A stretch of DNA of 64,000 nt, from NCBI GenBank assembly GCA_038748775.1, contig JBCDIT010000016.1, positions 6,600 through 70,599 of the forward strand. The letters run 5' to 3'. The translations under genes and the position numbers were made by a program. Under the pieces are notes generated by a model, which worked only from the letters and a program-made list of their open reading frames with translations, ran no database searches and was not told the origin of the DNA. The DNA is from Planctomycetota bacterium (GTDB lineage: Bacteria > Planctomycetota > Phycisphaerae > Phycisphaerales > UBA1924). This document shows, piece by piece, positions 57,511 to 64,000 of the stretch; position 1 is the stretch's first letter, and every line of letters starts with the position of its first letter.

Positions 57511-58763
57511 GTGTCAAAGTGCACCGGTGCGCAGGTCGGCGAGCAGTCGATGCCGCCCTCCGGTGGATCGATCGACATCACGTCAGGATCTCCGTTCACG
57601 TTCTCGTTGACGGTCACACCCAGTTTGGCCAACTCGATCCGCAGCGCCGCGATGCGGTCGGTCTCTTTGACGCGAAGCGTGCGGACGCCGCGGAGCACGC
57701 TCGTCCCCGGCGCGAACGCGCAGCACGCGGCCAGCGTCATCGTCGCGTCGGGCATGTCGCTCATGTCGGCGAGGACCGGCCGGAACGCGTCGGGACCCTT
57801 GCTGAAGACGGTGTCGCCCTCTTCTGAGATCGACGCGCCCATCCGAGCCAACAACTCGTGGAACCGCGCGTCACCCTGGAAGCTCGCTTCGCTCAGGCCT
57901 CGCACACCGACCTGCCCGTCCGGGAGCATCGCGCCCGCGGCCCAGAAGTACGTCGCGCCGGAGGCATCGGGCTCCACGTCGTACTCGAACGCCTCGAACC
58001 CGGGGAGAACGCGGATCACCCGGAGGTCTTCGGCGGTGCGGATGTTCGTCCCGAGCTTCTCCAGCAGGTTGACCGTCATGCGGACATAGCTGGCCGACGT
58101 GATATCGCCGGTCAACCGAAGCGTGAGCCCCTCGGGTAAAAACGGCGCCACGAGCAGCAGAGCGCTCACAAACTGACTCGATTGCGTCTGGCCGATCTTA
58201 AGTGCCTCGGTCGGTCGGATGCCTCCTTCGGGAGGCGTGATCGTCACCGGCGGGCACCCCGGATCCATCGTGTGCTCGATCGACGCCCCGAGCGACCGGA
58301 GCAACGCGGTCAATTCGGAGATCGGACGCTGGCGCATCCGCGCGTTGCCGTCGATGGTGATCGGGCCCGGGCTCGCCAGCGCCGCGGCACACAAGAACCG
58401 TGTCGCCGTGCCGGCGTTGTTGAGGTTGACGGTGGCACCCTCCGGTCCGACGCTCCAACGCCCCCCGACGCCCTTGACACGGACCTCGCCGTCGGAGGGT
58501 GTCACCTCACACCCCAGTGTTCGCAGCGCCGCCATCATCCGCTGCGCGTCGTCCGCCGCGAGGAGCGGGAAGCGCAGCACCGACTCGCCCGGCGCAAGAC
58601 CGGCGAGCAGGAACGCTCGGTTGGTCAGCGACTTTGATCCGGGCGGACGGATCACGGCCCTGGCCGGAGCCGCGCCGGGCGAGCGATCGGGCGTGGGCAG
58701 AGGCAGCGGATCGGGCAGCTCTTCGGGCGGACGGCGCAGGATGTCGAGTTCGGGCGTCTCCAC
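57375..58763 (-). CDS. aroA: 3-phosphoshikimate 1-carboxyvinyltransferase (EPSP synthase)
   Basis: PPGSKSLTNRAFLLAGLA, LNNAGTATRFL and KETDRIAAL motifs. 462 aa. Confidence 0.9.
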   Translation of the reverse strand: METPELDILRRPPEELPDPLPLPTPDRSPGAAPARAVIRPPGSKSLTNRAFLLAGLAPGESVLRFPLLAADDAQRMMAALRTLGCEVTPSDGEVRVKGVGGRWSVGPEGATVNLNNAGTATRFLCAAALASPGPITIDGNARMRQRPISELTALLRSLGASIEHTMDPGCPPVTITPPEGGIRPTEALKIGQTQSSQFVSALLLVAPFLPEGLTLRLTGDITSASYVRMTVNLLEKLGTNIRTAEDLRVIRVLPGFEAFEYDVEPDASGATYFWAAGAMLPDGQVGVRGLSEASFQGDARFHELLARMGASISEEGDTVFSKGPDAFRPVLADMSDMPDATMTLAACCAFAPGTSVLRGVRTLRVKETDRIAALRIELAKLGVTVNENVNGDPDVMSIDPPEGGIDCSPTCAPVHFDTYDDHRMAMSMALIALRRPNVFINDPKCVAKTYPTYFADFASLFG

Positions 58764-58795
58764 GCATAAAGCGTAGCGACTGTTCCCAACCGCGA

Positions 58796-60313
58796 TCAGC
58801 GTTCTGCGGGGCTCGAGAGCACAAGCCAGTCGCCATCCGGGACGAGGGCGCTGACCTCGCCCGCGGCCGTCAGAACGGACCAGTACGCGACGTCGGGGCT
58901 TCGCGGCGAGGGGACCGGAGACACAATGACCGGCTCCGTCTCGTCTCGGTCGCGGTCGGTTCCCGTCGAGATCAACTCGAGACGTCCACGCGGCAGGCGA
59001 TACCGGAACGCCGCGCCCGACATCGGGTCGACATGCTCCGGGCGGGCGAGCAGGTCGTGCGCGACCGCGGACCCGGGGTCGGGGAACACCCCGGTCTCAG
59101 TCCGTACGCTCGCGAGTTCGATGAATAGCAGCGTCGCGTTCAGCTCGGTCTCCAGCCGCACAGCCTCGGCGAGGAGAACGTTGAGATCCGGGATAGTCCC
59201 TTTGGTCAGCGTTGCGTTGGCGCTTCCGGACAGAAACCACGCCTGTTTGTGCAGCGTGAGGAGATCTCGGTGCAGCCGCATCGGGCTCGGCCCGCGTCGG
59301 CGCCAAGCCGGGATCACAGTCAACTCCGCAAACCGATCAAACACGGCGTTCGGCACAGCGAGAGCGCCGTCGGCATCTGCGAATCGAAGCAACATCCACA
59401 CGTTGCCTGGAATGGTGTCCGCCGGGTCGAACTCCGTTCCCCATTTCCCAACTGCTACGAGGAAGGCACCGGGGTGAAGGCGCCCGTTCCGAAAGAGCCG
59501 TTGAACGACGTCGGCCGACTGAGCCCGTTCGAACGAAAGATCGGGCGCAGCGAACGCCCGTAGCTCCGAGAGCGCTTCTCGCATCCGAGCGAGGGACTCA
59601 GCCGTGAGCGCCAAGGGGTTCGCGGAGATGGCCGCTTGTGTGCTGCGCGCCGCGATCCGACCGATCCGGATCGCAACGACCCCGGAGATCGCGGAGCGCG
59701 GACGTGATGCGTGCTCGACGGCCCGGACCAACGACGCGAGGGCGGCCTCAGCACCGTCGGCGTCACCGGCCATCGCGGATTCGATGAGTCGCACGCGCTC
59801 GAGCACCGCGAATTGTCGGAGGGTGCCGAGATGGGGAAACACGCAGTTCGAGAGCAACGGCGTGCCGTTGTCTTCGTCTTCGATCCAGTCCGGCGCGTCG
59901 CTGCACGCGACCCCAGGGCGGAGGCGGCGCAGCGTGGCTCGGAACCGGTCGGCTTCGTCTCCGAGCGAGCGAGCCCTCGATACGAGGGCGGCCCAACCCG
60001 CGTCGGTTGGGAGGACGTTCTGGTCGGTGTGGGCGTCGGGCCAGACCGTGTCTGCGACGCTCTGAAACCTGAGCACCGACTCGGTCAGACGCTCGGGTTG
60101 GGTCTCTCGCAAAACGCGTGCATCGTGCTCGTGCACGAAGTCTCGGCTGGGCGAGTAAAAGACCTCGGCGCCCTCATCCAGGACGTCCGGCCCGACGACC
60201 AAGGCATCGGGCACTCGGGCGGGTATGCGATCGAGCCAAGCGAACTGTCCGGCCGCGCTCCCGGCAAGGCCCGACAGGACGAGCCCAACACAGCTCGGTG
60301 TCGCGGCAATCAT
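58796..60313 (-). CDS. hypothetical secreted protein
   Basis: 505-aa ORF with signal-like VGLVLSGLAGSAAGQ. The start overlaps the groES-like stop. No family recognised. Confidence 0.55.
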   Translation of the reverse strand: MIAATPSCVGLVLSGLAGSAAGQFAWLDRIPARVPDALVVGPDVLDEGAEVFYSPSRDFVHEHDARVLRETQPERLTESVLRFQSVADTVWPDAHTDQNVLPTDAGWAALVSRARSLGDEADRFRATLRRLRPGVACSDAPDWIEDEDNGTPLLSNCVFPHLGTLRQFAVLERVRLIESAMAGDADGAEAALASLVRAVEHASRPRSAISGVVAIRIGRIAARSTQAAISANPLALTAESLARMREALSELRAFAAPDLSFERAQSADVVQRLFRNGRLHPGAFLVAVGKWGTEFDPADTIPGNVWMLLRFADADGALAVPNAVFDRFAELTVIPAWRRRGPSPMRLHRDLLTLHKQAWFLSGSANATLTKGTIPDLNVLLAEAVRLETELNATLLFIELASVRTETGVFPDPGSAVAHDLLARPEHVDPMSGAAFRYRLPRGRLELISTGTDRDRDETEPVIVSPVPSPRSPDVAYWSVLTAAGEVSALVPDGDWLVLSSPAER

Positions 60314-60630
60314 CCTGCCCGGAACACTGCGACGACGTCCTCGATCGGGATGACGAACAGCCGGTTGTCGCCCTCAAGATCGACCGGGATCGCTCGTTTG
60401 GGGTTGAAGAGGACCCGGTCATACTGCGACACCGGGTAGTCCTCGTCTGACTCGACCTGGGCCGACACAGCGACGATTCGCCCTGTGAGCGTCGGGATCT
60501 CGATCTTGTCGGGCAGGTGAATCCCGCTCTTGGTCTGCTTCTTGTCCTCGTCTTTGCGGATGAGGACGCGGGTCCCAATCGGTTCGACGGTTTCGAGCTT
60601 GGCGTTGGCAACGGGGTCGGACTTGCTCAT
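60310..60630 (-). CDS. groES: GroES/Cpn10-like co-chaperonin (orphan)
   Basis: ATG at 60630. EPIGTRVLIRKDEDKKQTKSGIHLPD...GRIVAVS...YDRVLF...FVIPIEDVVAVF follows the Cpn10 pattern. No groEL in the window. Confidence 0.7.
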   Translation of the reverse strand: MSKSDPVANAKLETVEPIGTRVLIRKDEDKKQTKSGIHLPDKIEIPTLTGRIVAVSAQVESDEDYPVSQYDRVLFNPKRAIPVDLEGDNRLFVIPIEDVVAVFRAG

Positions 60631-60708
60631 CGAGATACTGTAGGGCCGATGATGGGTACTCTCCTGGGAACCATCCGACGTCTCGCCCACCTCTGAGGTT
60701 GCTGCCCA

Positions 60709-61260
60709 ATGACCTTGCACGACCCCGACCCGTCGCCGATCGAATACCTCGAAGGGCTTATCGCCGACGTGCCCGATTTTCCCAAGCCCGGGATCATCTT
60801 CAAGGACATCTCCCCGATGCTCGCCGACGCCAGGGCGTTGCCGCTCGCGGTCGAACTCATGGCGAGCCCGTACCGAGGCACCGGCATCACCGCCGTCGTC
60901 GGGGCGGAGAGCCGGGGGTTCATTTTCGGAACCGCGATCGCACAGGCCCTGAGCGCCGGGTTCGTCCCGGTCCGCAAGCCCGGAAAGCTGCCGCGCGAGG
61001 TGTACGGCGTCGACTACGACCTCGAGTACGGGACCGACCGACTCGAAATGCACGTCGACGCCATCGGCGAGGGGCAGAAGGTCCTTCTTGTCGACGATCT
61101 GTTGGCCACCGGCGGCACCATGGCCGCCGCGTGCGATCTTGTAAAGGCCGCGGGCGCAGAGATCGCGGCCGTAACCGTGTTCATCGAACTGACGGCTCTC
61201 GAGGGCGTGAAGAAACTCCAGGGACACGCCGATCGCGTTCACGCGGTGCTTCGGTACTAG
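60709..61260 (+). CDS. apt: adenine phosphoribosyltransferase
   Basis: DFPKPGIIFKDISP, VVGAESRGFIFG and PRPP motif [13 protein letters not shown]. Confidence 0.9.
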   Translation: MTLHDPDPSPIEYLEGLIADVPDFPKPGIIFKDISPMLADARALPLAVELMASPYRGTGITAVVGAESRGFIFGTAIAQALSAGFVPVRKPGKLPREVYGVDYDLEYGTDRLEMHVDAIGEGQKVLLVDDLLATGGTMAAACDLVKAAGAEIAAVTVFIELTALEGVKKLQGHADRVHAVLRY

Positions 61261-61263
61261 CGG

Positions 61264-61887
61264 CTATCGCCGGCGCCGCGTGGCGATCAGGCCGAACACG
61301 ACGAACACACCGGCGCTGCTTGGGTTCGGAGAGAAGTACACAAGTCGATCGAAGTCGACAACGTCGTACGGGGTCGACGGCTGAAACGGAGCGGCAACGC
61401 CCGTTGCGGCGCCGAACGCAGACACCGTCCCCTGGCTCAACTCCACGCCAAAGTTTACCTCCGGACGGTTGACGTTGGGGCCGACGAACTCGACGTCGAA
61501 GCTAAATAGAGGGCCGTTCCCCGAGAAGTTATTGCCGGTAAAGCTGTTGGAATTGAAGCTGATGTCGAATCCATCATCGTCGGAGACGATGTTGGCATTC
61601 CCGAAGATCTCATTCGTCACCGTCACTGATCCGTCAACGAAGCTTGTGTTTCCAAGGGTGTCCACCCGGAGGTTGACACCGTTGATGCCGCTACCGTTGC
61701 CGATCTGGCCGGCCGTCGCTTGTCCGAAAACATCGAACGATATCACGAATCCGGGCGAGAACACCGAACCGATAAGCAACGCCTGAAAGTCCGTCGTGAT
61801 GCGGTACTCCGCAACGCTCTGCGCCGATGCTAAACCCGGGAGCGCGAGAGCGGCTCCAAGGCAAAGAGTTCGCATGTTCTTGATCAT
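61264..61887 (-). CDS. PEP-CTERM-anchored secreted protein, FGQATAGQIGN family member 1
   Basis: ATG at 61887 (MIKNMRTLCLGAALALPGLASAQSVAEY), shared block VFGQATAGQIGNGSGINGVNL and C-terminus PNPSSAGVFVVFGLIATRRRR. Confidence 0.7.
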   Translation of the reverse strand: MIKNMRTLCLGAALALPGLASAQSVAEYRITTDFQALLIGSVFSPGFVISFDVFGQATAGQIGNGSGINGVNLRVDTLGNTSFVDGSVTVTNEIFGNANIVSDDDGFDISFNSNSFTGNNFSGNGPLFSFDVEFVGPNVNRPEVNFGVELSQGTVSAFGAATGVAAPFQPSTPYDVVDFDRLVYFSPNPSSAGVFVVFGLIATRRRR

Positions 61888-62064
61888 TTGGTTCTCTCTG
61901 CATTCTGCCGCCGTACGAACGTGCCAGCGAGAAGGCCTGCCGAGACCAAATGGCATTTCCGCTCGCGCCGTTAGATCCTAATCGACAGTAACTAGTCTAT
62001 CACCGCATACAGCGCTTCGGTTAAAAATATTGAAATTTCGACGGTCCATTATGACTCGACACAA

Positions 62065-62088
62065 ATCCTGGGTACTTGAACCCAGGAT
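62065..62088 (-). terminator. perfect 9-bp hairpin just after the stop of the short paralogue
   Basis: ATCCTGGGT-ACTTGA-ACCCAGGAT, with the 3' arm ending at the stop codon (62088-62090). On the minus strand it is followed by TTTGTG and an AT-rich tract (62024-62040). Confidence 0.45.
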
Positions 62089-62333
62089 CAGCCGATACCG
62101 ATGAGCCCACCTGTGACCGTCGTGTCGACGTTGACGCCGCCGATCCCGCTGTTGTTGCCGACCTGGTTCTGCACCGCGTCTGCGGTCACGTCGAACCGCA
62201 CCGTCTCACCAAGATTGACCGTCATCTCCGACGGAGTGATCGTGAAGGCGGCGACCGAATCGCTCGGGTCGAACTGAGCGAGGGTCGGGGCGGCAACGAC
62301 GGTCGAGACGATGATGGCGATCGTCTTGTTCAT
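62088..62333 (-). CDS. short secreted paralogue lacking the PEP-CTERM anchor
   Basis: ATG at 62333 (MNKTIAIIVSTVVAAPTLAQ). It retains a QVGNNSGIGGVNVD block related to the family motif but ends after 81 aa. It could be a decayed copy. Confidence 0.4.
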   Translation of the reverse strand: MNKTIAIIVSTVVAAPTLAQFDPSDSVAAFTITPSEMTVNLGETVRFDVTADAVQNQVGNNSGIGGVNVDTTVTGGLIGIG

Positions 62334-62714
62334 GTCAGATCTCCTTATGAGTGCCACGTTCCCGCGGCTCGTTGACGTGCAGCGGTGGAGCAACGGATGG
62401 CCATGGAACGCCCGCGGACCGGGCGAGACGTACGCGTCACCGGACCCGGGAGTGCGCATCGGGTCTTTCTCGAAACGCGGAGTGGCGCGATGGCTTTGGA
62501 TCGTCCTACCGCAAAGCACGAACGGAATCCCGGAACCAGACGTTGTTGTGCCGAAAGATGTCGGCCAAAGCAGCGCCGAACGACACCGCTGACACGGTCA
62601 CCGTGCGCATTGACAGGTCCCTTTCTTCTCAGAACTCACGATCGGACGGCGTGCCGGCGCGACGAGTCGAATCTCGAAGTTGCGACGCCAGCTCTCGCTC
62701 GCGTCGCGGATAGG

Positions 62715-63275
62715 TCAGCGTCGGCGACGCGTCAGCATCAACCCACCGAGCCCGAGTACGCCAACCGTTGCGGGCGCAGGGATCTGGTGGAGTTCCGCGA
62801 AATTGATCACGTCGTACGCGATCGAGGGCTGGAACGCACCGGGGAGTCCTGTGGCGGCCGCGAAGGTCGAGATTGTTCCTCGGCTCGAAGTGATCGAGTA
62901 CGCGCCCATGAATGGAACGATGTCGATGGTAAAGGAGAGCAACGGAACCCCGGCTGAGAAGTTGTTGCCGGTGAAGCTATCGGAGCTAAAGCTCACGTCA
63001 AAGCCCTCGGCATCCTCGACGATGTTGGTCACCCCGAAGACTTCACCGTTTGACGTGATCGAACTGATATCAACAGTGGCGTTGTTGATCTCGAAGCTTA
63101 GATTCACGCCGTTTATCCCGCTGTTGTTACCGATCTGCCCCGCCGTTGCCTGTCCGAAGAGCTGCACGTCCACCTCTCCGCCGAGAATGAACGGGTCTGC
63201 GACAAGCGTGTACGTCGCGACGCTTTGGCCAAAAGCGACTCCCGCCGGCACAGCGACAATGCAAGCTTTCAACAT
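62715..63275 (-). CDS. PEP-CTERM-anchored secreted protein, FGQATAGQIGN family member 2
   Basis: LFGQATAGQIGNNSGINGVNL, AATGLPGAFQPSIAYDV and C-terminus IPAPATVGVLGLGGLMLTRRRR. Confidence 0.7.
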   Translation of the reverse strand: MLKACIVAVPAGVAFGQSVATYTLVADPFILGGEVDVQLFGQATAGQIGNNSGINGVNLSFEINNATVDISSITSNGEVFGVTNIVEDAEGFDVSFSSDSFTGNNFSAGVPLLSFTIDIVPFMGAYSITSSRGTISTFAAATGLPGAFQPSIAYDVINFAELHQIPAPATVGVLGLGGLMLTRRRR

Positions 63276-63390
63276 CGTGAGTCTCCCTTTTCTTCCACAG
63301 CATCGAAGCCGAAAGTGTTCGGAAGGCGCACCGATGGCCCTCGCCGACGGTGGGAGTCGATTCTGACCCAGTGTCCCGGGGCCGGTTCAG

Positions 63391-63972
63391 CTAGCGACGC
63401 CGACGCGCCGCACCGATCCCGACCAATCCGAACGCCGCGGCAGCGCCGGGCGTTGGAATGTTGATGATCGCGAGCCCATGATTCACCACGTCATAAGGCA
63501 CCGAGGGCTGGAACGCGCCGGGCAAGCCCGTTGCCGTGTTAAAGCTCGAAAGTGTGCCTTGATCCGAAGTTACAAAGATGGTCTGAAACTCGGTGACGAC
63601 GACATTAAACGAAAACAGCGCGACTGCATCGAAGTTGTTGCCGGCAAAGCTGTTGGCCGAGAAGCTGATGTCAAAGCCTCCGGCGTCCGCCGCGACGTTC
63701 GTCGTACCGAAGACTTGGCTGTTCGACACAATCGAGTCAAGATCGGCGACAGCACCGTTGGTGATATCGATGCTCAGATTGACACCGTTGATGCCGCTTG
63801 CGTTACCAATCTGGCCAGCGGTTGCCTGGCCGAACACGGTGATGGTCACCGATTCATCAACCCCGGCGAAGAAAGCACTCTGCGCAAACGTGTACTCCGC
63901 AACGCTCTGTGCAGAGGCGCTTCCTGCGCTGATGGCCGCGAGAACACCCAACGACTGTTTCGCGTTTTTCAT
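63391..63972 (-). CDS. PEP-CTERM-anchored secreted protein, FGQATAGQIGN family member 3
   Basis: Signal peptide ...SASAQSVAEY, VFGQATAGQIGNASGINGVNL, TATGLPGAFQPSVPYDV and C-terminus IPTPGAAAAFGLVGIGAARRRR. Confidence 0.7.
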   Translation of the reverse strand: MKNAKQSLGVLAAISAGSASAQSVAEYTFAQSAFFAGVDESVTITVFGQATAGQIGNASGINGVNLSIDITNGAVADLDSIVSNSQVFGTTNVAADAGGFDISFSANSFAGNNFDAVALFSFNVVVTEFQTIFVTSDQGTLSSFNTATGLPGAFQPSVPYDVVNHGLAIINIPTPGAAAAFGLVGIGAARRRR

Positions 63973-64000
63973 GGTTGGGGGCTCCCTCTTTGTCTCCGGA

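Overview
High-G+C (mid-60s % by eye) bacterial chromosomal segment, densely coding. All calls come from reading the ORF translations for motifs; no searches were run. Housekeeping genes include galE, truD, murC-murB, icd, coaD, aroA, apt, an orphan groES-like gene, a floA/nfeD operon and an exbD/tonB-like pair. At least ten small secreted proteins end in a PEP-CTERM-type anchor (P-x-P, hydrophobic helix, RRRR). There are also two large Ser/Thr kinases, one fused to a STAND ATPase and TPR repeats. This content suggests a Planctomycetota-like (Phycisphaerae-like) genome, but that is inference only. The most unusual stretch is about 33.7-39.8 kb, downstream of icd. It holds a REP-associated tyrosine transposase inside an array of structured ~125-nt palindromic repeats. 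Next to that is a lower-G+C two-gene module: an unknown 251-aa protein plus an XRE-HTH/ImmA-IrrE metallopeptidase fusion. It also holds a ~239-bp diverged duplicate of the icd 3' end with a TGG>TGA nonsense codon, the kind of scar left by elements that integrate into icd. Other lower-G+C patches are 1-1.15 kb, 26.5-28.6 kb, 32.4-34.1 kb, 45.6-48.3 kb (two unknown genes ahead of the STAND kinase) and 61.2-64 kb (a tandem PEP-CTERM paralogue family). I found no rRNA, tRNA, CRISPR array, integrase or phage structural genes. Many long Arg/Pro/Gly-rich ORFs in the track are antisense shadows of real genes and were rejected.
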